Below, in pieces: positions 51,346 to 63,477 of a stretch of DNA of 64,000 bases. Origin of the DNA: Chiloscyllium plagiosum (Eukaryota); contig NC_057752.1 in assembly GCF_004010195.1 (NCBI RefSeq), positions 16,102,793 to 16,166,792 on the forward strand. The letters run 5' to 3'. Position 1 is the stretch's first letter. Every line of letters starts with the position of its first letter. The position numbers and the translations under genes are program-made. The notes below the pieces were generated by a model. That model made no database searches and had not been told where the DNA came from. It worked only from the letters and a program-made list of their open reading frames with translations.

Positions 51346-51709
51346 CCCATTGGGGGGAGGGGGGGGGCGGTATTGAGGTGTGGCGTTTCTTTCCTCTGTC
51401 TTTGTTGAAGATCAGAACGATAATCCGCTGCTGCCCTCTCCCTGTGGTACAGAAATGTGCAATTCAATCGGATTGTGTATCTGGCCCCACCCCAGTAATA
51501 TAACAACAACTTAACTTTCGACATTTCTTGTCAATGCGTTCGGACATACCTCTAGAGCAGGTGGGTCTTGAACCCTGGCCTCATGGCTGTGAGGTAGGGA
51601 CACTACTCCTTTCTTTATATTACAGCTTAAAGGTGATGAATCGTTCCAAAGCCCTTCACTTGTGCATTGGACAGTAAACAGTAAACATTGGGCCATATTA
51701 AAACTTTCG

Positions 51710-51841
51710 AGGAGGAAGTGAGGACTGCAGGTGCTGGAGATCAGAGCTGATAATGTGTTGCTGGAAAAGAGCAGCAGGTCAGGCAGCATCCAAGGAGCAG
51801 GAGAATCGACATTTCGGGCATAAGACAGCAACACATTTTCA
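51710..51841 (-). mobile_element. Short PLE-derived insert (family A)
   Basis: Same body as 2377-2545; flanking duplication gccatattaaaact. Confidence 0.82.
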
Positions 51842-51869
51842 GCCATATTAAAACTGGTGAACTTTCGAG

Positions 51870-52369
51870 NNNNNNNNNNNNNNNNNNNNNNNNNNNNNNN
51901 NNNNNNNNNNNNNNNNNNNNNNNNNNNNNNNNNNNNNNNNNNNNNNNNNNNNNNNNNNNNNNNNNNNNNNNNNNNNNNNNNNNNNNNNNNNNNNNNNNNN
52001 NNNNNNNNNNNNNNNNNNNNNNNNNNNNNNNNNNNNNNNNNNNNNNNNNNNNNNNNNNNNNNNNNNNNNNNNNNNNNNNNNNNNNNNNNNNNNNNNNNNN
52101 NNNNNNNNNNNNNNNNNNNNNNNNNNNNNNNNNNNNNNNNNNNNNNNNNNNNNNNNNNNNNNNNNNNNNNNNNNNNNNNNNNNNNNNNNNNNNNNNNNNN
52201 NNNNNNNNNNNNNNNNNNNNNNNNNNNNNNNNNNNNNNNNNNNNNNNNNNNNNNNNNNNNNNNNNNNNNNNNNNNNNNNNNNNNNNNNNNNNNNNNNNNN
52301 NNNNNNNNNNNNNNNNNNNNNNNNNNNNNNNNNNNNNNNNNNNNNNNNNNNNNNNNNNNNNNNNNNNNN
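51870..52369. other. Assembly gap of exactly 500 N (other gaps: 27790-28310, 32337-32692, 41732-42314, 48217-48279, 58129-58210, 60005-60499)
   Basis: Counted from the coordinates. Confidence 0.95.
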
Positions 52370-52454
52370 TCAATATTTCTCCCAAACAATGTCCTAAAAC
52401 TCAAAGTATTGCCTGACTGTCAACTATCAAATCAAGGTCACTTTTGAACAAATA

Positions 52455-53560
52455 TAGGAGCAGGCCCCTCAGCCCATCAATCCTGCCCCCTCCCCCACCC
52501 CCAACTGGTCTGATCACCCCCACACTCACACTGACCCCTTGAGAACCTCTCACCCTCTCTCCCCACTGCATCTAAAATATTCCAAGGATCCTGCTCCCAC
52601 CATCTCTCAGGGAGAAAGTTCCAAAGAGTCCCAGCTGTCTGGGAGGTAAAGCTTTTCCCCATCCCTGTCCGAAATGGGGGGGGGGGGGCTTCTTTTTAAT
52701 CATTGACCCCTCGTTCTCAATTCTCCCACAGAGTGGGATCTTCCCCTACGTACCCGCCCGGTCAGGACCCCTCCAGATCTGGTATGGTCCCATCCATCAC
52801 CTCAAATTCTAAACTCCAGCAGAGCCCAGCCCAGAAGTTCCTACCTCTCCTCATGAGGCAATCTGTCCTGAGTGTTAACCTGAAAAACCTCCACTGAATT
52901 GTTTCCAATGCACTTACACCCTTCAATCCATAAGGAGACCAAGACTGTACACAGTGCTATAGATGTGATCTCACTGCTGCTCTGTATAACTGAAACATAA
53001 CCCCCTTACCCTTTACCTGATAAAGTGTAATATCCTACCAGGTAAAAACAATGACTGCAGATGCTGGAAACCAGATTCTGGATCAGTGGTGCTGGAAGAG
53101 CACAGCAATTCAGGCAGCATCCAAGGAGCTTCGAAATTGACGTTTTGGGCAAAAGCCCTTCATCAGGAATAATGAAGGGCTTTTTCCTGAAATGTCGATT
53201 TTGCCTGTCCTCGGATTTTGCCTGTCCTCGGATGCTGCCTGAACTGCTGTGCTCTTCCAGCACCACTAATCCTGTAATATCCTACCAGCCTTCCGAATTG
53301 CTGTGTACCAACCTCGTGTGCTTTATGCCAGAGCCCAGAGTACTGCAACCTCCCACTGTTCAGATCATCAGCTTCTGTTGCTTATTCTTTCTGCCAATGT
53401 TGATAATTTCACATTTTCTCATGTTGCACTCCACTTGGGAGATCTTTGCTCATTTATTGAACCTAATTATATTCCTTTGCAGCTCGTTATGATTGATTCA
53501 CAATTCAGGTTTCTACTCACTTGGTGTTATTAGCCACCCGTACCTCTGGCCCCTTCATCC
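52455..53560 (-). mobile_element. Old decayed CR1 3' region
   Basis: taaggagaccaagactgtacacagtgc and related RT-end remnants. Confidence 0.65.
53042..53272. mobile_element. Palindromic PLE-derived insert (family A variant)
   Basis: Perfect 16-bp TSD tgtaatatcctaccag at 53026-53041 and 53273-53288; inverted arms. Confidence 0.9.
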
Positions 53561-53667
53561 TAGCCGTTTGGGTGTTCAAATCCGGGACCCCAGAACATCA
53601 GCTGGGTCTCTGGATTAACAGTCCAGCGATAATATCACTAGGCCATCACCTTCCAGAGCAAAACCAC

Positions 53668-53698
<31 letters not shown>

Positions 53699-53716
53699 CA
53701 CGAGAGGTAACTGTAC

Positions 53717-53860
53717 CTGGATTGCAATGGGAATTAATTCATCCTGTGGATTCACGTACAAAAGACACATTGGTGCTTCAAGATATCGCTGATCTCCACA
53801 GATTGAATGGGCAGGAATTTCATCCAGCAGCTCATAATCAACAAGGAAAATATTTCCTTT
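53717..53860 (-). CDS. Lipoxygenase internal exon, 144 bp (next exon; ALOXE3/ALOX12B/ALOX15B-like group)
   Basis: cctgtttcag|AAA GGA AAT...GCA ATC CAG|gtacag; [48 protein letters not shown], with LOX motifs [10 protein letters not shown]-x-CLL and PIAIQ. Phase 0-0, splices in frame to the 57329 exon. The paralog assignment is from recalled exon lengths only. Confidence 0.96.
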
Positions 53861-54754
53861 CTGAAACAGGAATGTGACCAGTGAAAGTTTTGTCAAAAGC
53901 AGCAGGAATGTTTACCAAGAGAAGGACAGTTTATAGAGGGGAAGCATACAGAATCTCCCGAGACAAGTCAGCAAACCGACCCCCTCTCCCCAAAACTCCC
54001 ATTGAACAAATGGCACAACTCAAGCACTGGCATTGTGTGCATAGTTCATAAAAACTATGTCACACAGGTTGGAAATTACAAACCCATGAAACTAAAAGGG
54101 CAAAGCTCTCTCTTAAAGAAACAAGTGGAATCCCCAGTGTCAATATTACAGACAGCATGGATGTGACGTAAACCTCAATCTAACCCTGGTTGGGTCAGAG
54201 CGAGAGGATTTGATCCAACTCTTGTACTCCACACAGTCACAAGATGTCAAAGTCTGGGAGAGATGGTCATAGAGAGCAGGGAGGAGGGCTTTCAGTGAAC
54301 ATGGAGAGACTGAAAAATGGATTCTTATCATCAGAGGGAAAAAGGTGAAAACAAGGGGTAAGAGAACCAGACGAGGTGAGGGTGCTGAGAATGTTTGAAG
54401 GTATGGGCAGTGGAAGCAGTTTCAGTTGGAACTTTCGAAACGGGAAGTGGAGAAGCATATGAAGGGAGAATGCTTAGCAAGGCCACACGCTCAGAGCGGG
54501 AGGGAGATGGGAGTGTGTGTTTTCAAACGATACTGTGATGTTAATACGTCCTGAGCATCTTCCTACACATTACTGCACTTCCATTATTAACATCCCAATA
54601 AATACAGTCTGAGCATTATCCCCAAAATATCTTACAGTTCTAGTAATAGTTATTAATATTATGACAGCAAAGTGCAGAAAAGTGAGCCTGGAGTAGGTTT
54701 ATTGTAGCTTTGGCAATACAGATTTGATGGGCTGATGGGCTGATTTCTGGCTCT

Positions 54755-55091
54755 GAAAATGTGCTGCGGGAAAAGCGCAGCAGGTCAGGCAACATCCAAG
54801 GAACAGGAGAATCGACGTTTCGGGCATGAGCCCTTCTTCAGGAATGAGGGAAGTGTGCCAAGCAGGCTAAGATAAAAGGTAGGGAGGAGGGACTTGGGGG
54901 AGGGGCGTTGGGAATGCGATAGGTGGAAGGAGGTCAAGGTGAGGGTGATAGGCCGGAGTGGGGGTGAGGGCGGAGAGGTCAGGAAGAAGATTGCAGGTTA
55001 GGAAGGTGGTGCTGAGTTCGAGGGTTGGGATTCTCCTGCTCCTTGGATGCTGCCTGACCTGCTGTGCTTTTCCAGCAACACATTTTCAGCT
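54755..55091 (-). mobile_element. 5'-truncated PLE 3' end with inverted partial pLTR
   Basis: Perfect 15-bp TSD ctgatttctggctct at 54740-54754 and 55092-55106; internal part homologous to the PLE tail at 9240-9450. Confidence 0.9.
54814..54841 (-). ncRNA. Minimal hammerhead ribozyme motif (family A)
   Basis: Minus strand tc-CTGAAGA-a-gggc-tcat-gccc-GAAA-cGTC-ga; in the sense orientation of the LOX intron. Confidence 0.65.
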
Positions 55092-55427
55092 CTGATTTCT
55101 GGCTCTTTCTTGTTCTCTGATTCTACCAACAAAGACTCCCTCCCATTAACTATCCGGAACACTGAAGAAAGAGCCTTCGGTCCCTGTCACAAATTCCGAG
55201 TCCCTCGTCATTAACTCCTTCTCTCTTGCTGCCTTTATCAGAGACTGCCTCCAGGACAGCTCAGTTCGAAAATTCTTGTCCTTCTTTTCAAATCCCCATC
55301 CCCAACCTGTCCCCTGTGGTTTCTCAGTGGTGGGAAACATCAGGCTGTTTTGTCCCCCTACTGCCCCAATACCTGCTTCAGAGACTAGGCTGGCCTCTGC
55401 CTCTCATATAGCACCTCGGGAGGTTAG

Positions 55428-56133
55428 AATAGAACAGAATGCCCACAGTGTGGAAACTGGCCATTTGGCCCATCAAGTCCACACTGAACCTCCAAACAGC
55501 ATCCCACCCAATCCCACTCCTCTACAGTATACCTGTCAACTTGCAATTCCCATGGCCAATCCACCCTAACCTGCATATCCCTGGGCACTATGGGACAATT
55601 TCCCACGGCCAACCCACCCTAACCTGCACATCCCTGGGCATTATGGGACAATTTCCCATTGCCAACCCACCCTAACCTGCACATCCCTGGGCACTATGGG
55701 ACAATTTCCCACAGCCAACCCACCCTAACCTGTACATCCCTGGACACTCTGGGACAATTTCCCATGGTCAACCCACCCTAACCTGCACGTCCCTGGGCAC
55801 TATGGGACAATTTCCCATGGCCAACCCACCCTAACCTGCACATCCCTGGACACTCTGGGACAATTTCCCATGGCCAACCCACCCTAACCTCCACATCCCT
55901 GGGCACTATGGGACAATTTCCCACAGCCAACCCACCCTAACCTGCACATCCCTGGGCACTATGGGACAATTTCCCATGGCCAACCCACCATAACCTGCAC
56001 ATCGTTTTGACTGTGGGAGGAAACCAAAGCACTCGGAGGAAACCCACGCAGACACGGGGAGAATGTGCAAATTCCATACAAACAGTCGCTCAAGGCTGGA
56101 ATTAAACCTTGTGCTGTGATGCAGCAGTGCTAA
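55428..56133 (-). mobile_element. V-SINE with an internal 53-bp tandem expansion (~8-9 units, 55545-56000)
   Basis: Period 53 (55561 to 55614); same unit as 35720-36160. Confidence 0.9.
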
Positions 56134-56189
56134 TGACAGGGCCACTGTGATATCCTTGGGTTGTAGATTAAAGGGGTTATGTAATAGGA

Positions 56190-57130
56190 CATAAACCATT
56201 ACAGCACAGTACAGACCCTTCGGCCCTCGATGGTGCGCTGACCTGTGGAACCAATCTGAAGCCCATTAATCCTACAGTATTCCATTCTCATCCATATGTT
56301 TATCCAGTGGTCACTTAAATGCCCTTAAAGTTGGCAAGTCTACTACTGTTGCAGGCAGTGTGTTCCACACCCCACTACTCTCTGAGTAAAGAAACTACCT
56401 CTGACATCTGTCCTATATTGATCACCCCTCAGTTTATAGCTATGTCCCCTCGTGCTAGCCATCACCATCCGAGGAAAAAGGCTCTCACTGTCCATCCCTA
56501 TCTAACCCTCTGATTTGTCTCAATTACGTCACCTCTCAACCTTCTTCTCTCTAACGAAAACAGCCTCAAGTCCCTCAGCCTTTCTTCGTAAGATCTTCCC
56601 TCTATACCAGACAACACCTAGTAAATCTTCTTTGAGCCCCTTCCACATCCTTCCTATAATGCAGTGACCAGAGCTGTACACAGTGCTCCAAGTATGGCCA
56701 TACCACAGTTTTGTACAGCTGCAGCATGATCTCATGGCTCCAAAACTCAATCCCTCTACCAATAAAATCTAACACACTGTATGCCTTCTTAACAACTCTA
56801 TCAACCTGGGTGGCAACTTTCAGGGATCTATGTACCTGGGTACCGAGATCTCTTTGCTCATCTACACTACCAAGAATCTTCCCATTAGCCCAGTAATCTG
56901 TATTCCTGTTGCTCCTTCCAAAGTGAATCACCTCACATTTTTCTGCATTAAACTCCATTTGCCACCTCTCAGCCCAGCTCTGCAGTTTATCTATGTCCCT
57001 CTGTAACCCACAACATCCTTTGGCACTGTCCACAACTCCACCGACTTTAGTGTCATCCGCAAATTTACTAACCCACCCTCCTACGCCCTCATCCAGGTCG
57101 TTTATAAAAATGACGAACCGCAGTGGCCCC
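56190..57130 (-). mobile_element. CR1 LINE RT end and 3' UTR
   Basis: ORF 56602-57033: LQRDIDKLQSWAERWQMEFNAEKCEVIHFG. Confidence 0.94.
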
Positions 57131-57328
57131 AGAACCAGTTATTAATTATCCTGGTTCTTGTTTATGCGGGAATAAATTATCCAGAATGTGCTGACATCAA
57201 GATGATGCTGTGCTTTTGAGTGCATTCAATTATTTGACATGACATTAGCCCTGCCCTACATTCCCAAACTCTTTAGTGGAGCAATTTGCGACAGAGTGAA
57301 AAGGTGCCGGCGTTAACTGTAAACCCAC

Positions 57329-57501
57329 CTGAAGTTCCTGTTGGAGTGTGGTGTTTGGTTCAAGAAAGGGGGAGACCATCTCATCAGTAACGGGGAACTT
57401 GGCTGGGATGGTTCGGCACTGTCTGATCAGTTGAGGGTTTGATCCATTTAAGTATTGGTAACCAAAGAATGTGTCTTCTTTCCAATGTTTCATAACATAC
57501 G
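57329..57501 (-). CDS. Lipoxygenase (ALOX family) internal exon, 173 bp
   Basis: ccccatgcag|CG TAT GTT ATG...GAA CTT CAG|gtgggt; translates (x)[57 protein letters not shown], with the animal LOX motif W-x-E-D-x-x-F-G-Y-Q-x-L-N-G-x-N-P. No stops; phase 1 to phase 0; (TC)n tract upstream of the acceptor. Confidence 0.96.
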
Positions 57502-57777
57502 CTGCATGGGGTCACAGAGAGAGAGAGAGAGAGAGAGAACTGGTTCATCACAGGATGACTTGGCTGGTGAACCACGATGGGATGGTTTGCAATGATAGAT
57601 TCTCCCAGGAACATCAGCAAATTCTGGGAATGTTTAGCATTTCTCAGTGAAAACAGTTCCAACAAGGCCAGCAGGAAATCATGAAAGGCAGGTCCTGCAC
57701 CCACAAACAATGAGGTGAACCATGTCTGTCTCATTTAACTGACCAACAGGTCACCAACCAGACCCCAGCTGGCCTGA

Positions 57778-58128
57778 CCATCACCCCAACACCCTCCCCC
57801 CCAGACTGTCACCCCAACACTCCCATGACCATCACCCCAACACCCACCACCCAGACTGTCACCCCAACACTCCCATGACCATCACCCCAACACCCACCAC
57901 CCAGACTGTCACCCCAACACTCCCATGACCATCACCCCAACACCCACCACCCAGACTGTCACCCCAACACTCCCATGACCATCACCCCAACACCCACCAC
58001 CCAGACTGTCACCCCAACACTCCCATGACCATCACCCCAACACCCACCACCCAGACTGTCACCCCAACACTCCCATGACCATCACCCCAACACCCACCAC
58101 CCAGACTGTCACCCCAACACTCCCATGA
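57778..58128. repeat. 50-bp minisatellite (cacccaccacccagactgtcaccccaacactcccatgaccatcaccccaa), ~7 copies up to a gap
   Basis: Period 50 (57841 to 57891); near-identical copies. Confidence 0.96.
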
Positions 58129-59139
58129 NNNNNNNNNNNNNNNNNNNNNNNNNNNNNNNNNNNNNNNNNNNNNNNNNNNNNNNNNNNNNNNNNNNNNNNN
58201 NNNNNNNNNNCCAGCATCCCCCTCCCCCTCAATGCTTCTCCCACATCCCCCCACACTCCCCCAAACCTGTCAATTATACGTGAGCTGCTTTCTGGGTTCC
58301 TGCTGCTTGACCTGAGCCAGCACAGACTCTGTGGGCTGTTCAATTCCATACATCGGCACCAGTGAGAACAAGGAAAATACGATCCATATCCTCCTGAACT
58401 GGAGCTTGGCACCTGCTGCCTTTGAACCAAAGGTGATGTTTACAGTTTGCCTTTGGAGCTGTTCGGCTTTAAGAAGATTCAGCCATCGGTACACGAGGCA
58501 GATTGCACTCACCTGTAACAATCCAAGTCTTTCCCACATTGCAAGAGATTCATGTGAAGGGTAAGGCACAAAACAAAACCCATGGATCTGAAGCTCAAGC
58601 CAAGCTGTGGTTGACAGAGTTAAGGAAAGGTGTTTACTTTGTAATGGATTAAATACATAGCCAACTGCTGAACGTCTCAAAAGCAGTCCAGGATTGGGAT
58701 AAATAATTGCACGCATCCGTGAACCATGGCCTCCAGCTGTCTCTGTGATTGACAGGTCAGGGAAGGGGAAAACTGTGTTCTCAGCAAATGTAACCGATAC
58801 CTCACGAAGCTGACATGCTGATACCTGTCCAGCAGCACGCTCCGTGCTGTGACAACCATCCCTATTTGATATGTACTGCGAGTTACAAACACCTCCCAAT
58901 GTAAACGTAAAGAGTTTTCAGGTAAAACTTGGTGTTTGATACAGGCACCTCTTCAGAAAGTCGAGAGTCACAGTTCCTACCTGCACATCTCTGTTCAGAC
59001 CGAGGTGAGTGATATTGACCAGGATACCTGTTCAGAGGCTCTGACTGAGACCACAGGAGGGGTAGGAAACACTTAAAGGTGGAATTCCAGAGATAATCAA
59101 ATGGGAAGATTAAAACCAGAAAAATCATTGGGAACGTAC

Positions 59140-59612
59140 ACAGAGTGTAAAATACAGCAGCGATCTGCCCTGCAGATAAGTACAGAGGAAATCAACAAAA
59201 GATATACATAGGTGAAATGAGTAGACAAAACTTAGCAGATGCAGTATAATGATGGAAAATGTGAGCTTCTGCACTTTGGCAGGAAGAACTGAAGAGCTGA
59301 ATATTATTTAAAAGGAGAAAGGCAGCAGAAAGCTATGGATCAGAGCGATTTGGGAGATTCTGTCCATGAATCACAAGGCGCCAACATTCGATGTCAGCAG
59401 GTAATGGGGAAGGCAAATGGAATGTTAGCCTTTATTTCAAAGGGAACAGAACATAGAAATAGTGAGGCTTTTCTAAAACTATATAAGACACCTATTAGGC
59501 CACACCTCGAATACTTTGAACAGTTCTGGGTCCCTTACTGAAATAAAGACACACAGACATTGGAGGCTGGTTCACTCAGCTGATCCTGATGATGGAGGAA
59601 CTGTCTTATGGA
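59140..59612 (+). mobile_element. Decayed CR1 RT fragment
   Basis: ORF 59335-59541: KANGMLAFISKG...LYKTPIRPHLEY. Confidence 0.88.
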
Positions 59613-59624
59613 GGAGAAGGTAGA

Positions 59625-62600
59625 GTCATAGAGTCACAGGGATGTACAGCACGGAAACACATCCTACAGTCCAACTCACCCATGCCAACCAGATATCCTA
59701 AACCAATCTAGTCCCATTTACCAGCACATATCCCTCCATACCCTTCCTATTCATATACCCATCCAGATGCCTTTTAAATGCTGTAATTGTACCAGCCTCC
59801 ATTACTTCCTCTGGCAGCTCATTCCATACACACACCACCCTCTGCGTGACAAAGTTGCCCCTTAGGTCCCTTTTATATCTTTCCCCTCTCAACCTAAACC
59901 TATACCCTCTAGTTCTGGATTCCCCCACCCCAGGGAAAAGACTTTGCCTATTTATCCTATCCATGCCCCTCATAATTTTGTAAACCTCTATAAGGTCACC
60001 CCTCNNNNNNNNNNNNNNNNNNNNNNNNNNNNNNNNNNNNNNNNNNNNNNNNNNNNNNNNNNNNNNNNNNNNNNNNNNNNNNNNNNNNNNNNNNNNNNNN
60101 NNNNNNNNNNNNNNNNNNNNNNNNNNNNNNNNNNNNNNNNNNNNNNNNNNNNNNNNNNNNNNNNNNNNNNNNNNNNNNNNNNNNNNNNNNNNNNNNNNNN
60201 NNNNNNNNNNNNNNNNNNNNNNNNNNNNNNNNNNNNNNNNNNNNNNNNNNNNNNNNNNNNNNNNNNNNNNNNNNNNNNNNNNNNNNNNNNNNNNNNNNNN
60301 NNNNNNNNNNNNNNNNNNNNNNNNNNNNNNNNNNNNNNNNNNNNNNNNNNNNNNNNNNNNNNNNNNNNNNNNNNNNNNNNNNNNNNNNNNNNNNNNNNNN
60401 NNNNNNNNNNNNNNNNNNNNNNNNNNNNNNNNNNNNNNNNNNNNNNNNNNNNNNNNNNNNNNNNNNNNNNNNNNNNNNNNNNNNNNNNNNNNNNNNNNNT
60501 CTATCTTTCAGTCAGTTCTGTATCCAAATGGCTAGTTCTCCCTGTATTCCGTGAGATCTAACCTTGCTAACCAGTCACCCATGGGGAACCTTATTGAACG
60601 CCTCACTGAAGTCCATATAGATCATGTCCACCACTCTGCCCTCATCAATCCTCTTCATTACTTCTTCAAAAAAATCAGTCAAGTTATTGAGACATGATTT
60701 CCCATGCACAAAGCCATGTTGACTATCCCTAATTAGTCCTTGCCTTTCCAAATACATGTAAATCCTGTCCCTCAGGATTCCCTCCAACAACTTGCCCACT
60801 ATCAATGTCAAGCTCACTGGTCTGTAGTTCCCTGGCTTGTCAACCTCCAGTCTTCCGGCACCTCACCTAACTATTGATGATGCAAATATCTCAGCAAAGG
60901 GCCCAGCAATCACTTCCCTAGCTTCCCTCAGTGTTTTAGGGTACATCGGATCAGGTCCTGGAGATTTATCCAGTTTTATGCATTTCAAGACACCCAACAC
61001 TTCCTCCTCTGTAATATGGACATTTTTCAAGATGTCACCATCTATTTCCCTACATTCTCTATCTTCCATGTCCTTCTCCACAGTAAATACTGATGCAAAA
61101 TACACGTTTGGTATCTCCCCCTCATCTCCTGTGGCTCCATACAAAGGCCGTCTTGTTGATCTTTGAGGGGCCCTATTCTCTCCCTAGTTACCCTTTTGTC
61201 CTAAATATATTTGTAAAAACTCTTTGGATTCTCCTTAATCCTATTTGCCAAAGTTATCTCATGTCCCAGTTTTGCCCTCCTGATTTCCTCCTTAAGTATA
61301 CTCCTACTTTCTTTATACTCTTCTAAGGATTCACTTGATCTATTCTGTCTATACCTATTATATGTTTCCTTCTTTTTCTTAACCAAACCCTCAATTTCTT
61401 TAGTCATCCAGCATTCCCTATACCTACCAGCTTTTCCTTTCACCCCGACAGGATTATACTTTCTCTGGATTCTTGCGAACATCTGCCCCCAATCAGCTTT
61501 TGAAAGTTCTTGTCTAATACCATCAAAATTGACCTTCCTCCAATTTAAAACTTCAACTTTTAGATCTGGTCTATCCTTTTCCATCACTAATTTAAATCTA
61601 ATAGAATTATGGTCGCTGGCCCCAAAGTGCGCCCCCACTGACACCTCAGTCACCTGCCCTGCCTTATTTCCCAAAAGTAGGTCAAGTTTTGCACCTTCTC
61701 TAGTAGGTACATCCACATACTGAATCAGAAAATTGTCTTGTACAGACTTAACAAATTCCTCTCCATCTGAACCTTTAACACTATGGCAGTCCCAGTCTAT
61801 GTTTGGAGAGTTAAAATCCCCTACCATAACCATCCTATTATTCTTACAGATAGCTGAGATCTCCTTACAAGTTTGTTTCTCAATTTCCTGCTGACTATTA
61901 GGGGATCTATAATACAATCCCAGTAAGGGGATCATCCCTTTCTTACTCCTCAGTTCCACCCAAACATCTTCCCTGGATGTATTCCCAGAATATCCCTCCT
62001 AAGCACAGCGGTAATGCTATCCCTTATCAAAAATGCCACTCCCCCTCCTCTCTGCCCCCCCTTTGTATCCTGGAACATTAAGCTGCCAGTCCTGTCCATC
62101 CCTGAGTCATATTTCTGTAATTGCTATGATATCCCAGTCCCATGTTCCTCACCATGCCCTGAGTTCAGCTGCCTTCCCTATTAGGCCTCTTGCATTGAAA
62201 TAAATGCAGTTTAATTTATCAGTCTTACCTTGTCCCTGCTTGCCCTGACTGTTTGATTCGCTTCTTTTTCCAACTGTACCAGTCTCAGATTGATCTCTTT
62301 CCTCTCTATCTCCCCTTCCAATTCAGGTGCAGTCCATCCTTCCTGTACAGGTCACTTCTACCCCAGAAGAGATTCCAATGATCCAGAAATGTGAATCCTT
62401 CTCCAATACACCAGCTCCTCAGTCACACATTCATCTGCTCTATCCTCCTATTCCTACCCTCACGAGCTTGTAGCACCAGGGGTAATCCAGACATTACTAT
62501 CCTCGAGGACCTCCTTTTTAAATTCCTGCCTAACTCCCTGTAATGTCCCTTCAGAATCTCATCCTTTTCCCTTCCTATGTCATTAGTTCCAATGTGTGCA

Positions 62601-62970
62601 ATGACCTCCTGCTGGTCACTCTCCCCTTTGAGAACATCCTGCACCCTCTCTGAAATATCCTGGATCCTGGCACCAGGGAAACAACACACCATTCTGATTT
62701 TTCGCTGCTTGCCACAGAAACGTCTGTCTGTGCTTCTGACTAAAGAGCCTGCTATCACAATCAATTGCTTGGAACCCAACGTACCCCTCATTACATTAGA
62801 GCCAGTCTCAATAACAGGAACTTGGCTGTTTGTGCTACATTCCCCTGAGAGTCTATCATCCCCTACATTTTCCAAAACAGCATACTTGTTTGAAATGGGG
62901 ATAGCCACTGAAGACTCCTGCACTACCTGCCTCCCTCTCCTACCTTTCCTGGAGGTAACCCATCTACCGA
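59625..62970 (-). mobile_element. Long CR1 LINE spanning a gap (ORF1 SGNH-esterase-like region, EN, RT, 3' UTR)
   Basis: ORF1 CFPGARIQD...AHIGTNDIG; EN MVGDFNSPNIDW...ASDH; RT QHGFVHGKSCL; 3' end at 59625-60004. Confidence 0.93.
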
Positions 62971-63477
62971 TTGTACCATCTTTGCTCCTTCACAATCTAC
63001 AGACCCAGCGGGTTGGGCCTGTAACCATTGGAGTTAAAAAGAGTGGGAGGCAACTTTACTGAAACATACAAGATTCTCAGGGCGACTTGACAGGGGAGAT
63101 GTGGAGAGGTTGTTTCCCTTTGTGGGAGAGTTATCATCCCAGAATAAGGTCTCACACATTGAAGACAGAGATGACATATGTCTCACTTCCGTTTCTACAT
63201 CTTTACAGTTTGCTGTGTAACTGAAAAAGAGAAACAAAGCAATAAAATATTAGAAGCTAAAAGGTAAACACAGGTATAAGCAGGTCAATAAAGTTTGGGA
63301 CTAATTCTGGCCCAGAAGGTTATCATGGTTCTGATAGGGTATAAAGCTGAGACTTCAATGAGCATCTGTCTGTACTGGGAGAGTTGCTGATGCATTAGGA
63401 AAGAAGTAGACAGTGGTAGGGCTGGGGGAAGAGGGCAGCTTGTTAGCATTTATCCAGTCCAGTTGGCGTGGGAGGTT

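Noticed and set aside
44665..51524. Many ORFs with 12-aa periodicity (MTPYPSEGQCVY, TLTLTGVRGHIH, HTDPHWGTGSYT)
   Set aside because: By-product of the 36-bp minisatellite; frequent frameshifts and no splice structure.
32221..58128. Regular repeats that might suggest a CRISPR array
   Set aside because: Head-to-tail units without unique spacers, no cas genes, vertebrate context.
58513..58604. Exon-like segment AWLELQIHGF... with CAG|gtgagt, faintly like the preceding LOX exon
   Set aside because: The open frame ends in phase 0, which does not fit the phase 1 start of the 57501 exon, and the similarity is too short.
58270..58899. 209-aa ORF and the overlapping YFPCSHW motif (PLAT-like)
   Set aside because: No sustained similarity, and the position is wrong for a PLAT exon.
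63187..63220. Strong acceptor with a 34-bp micro-exon (YTANCKDVETE)
   Set aside because: No LOX similarity; the extension runs into CR1 sequence.
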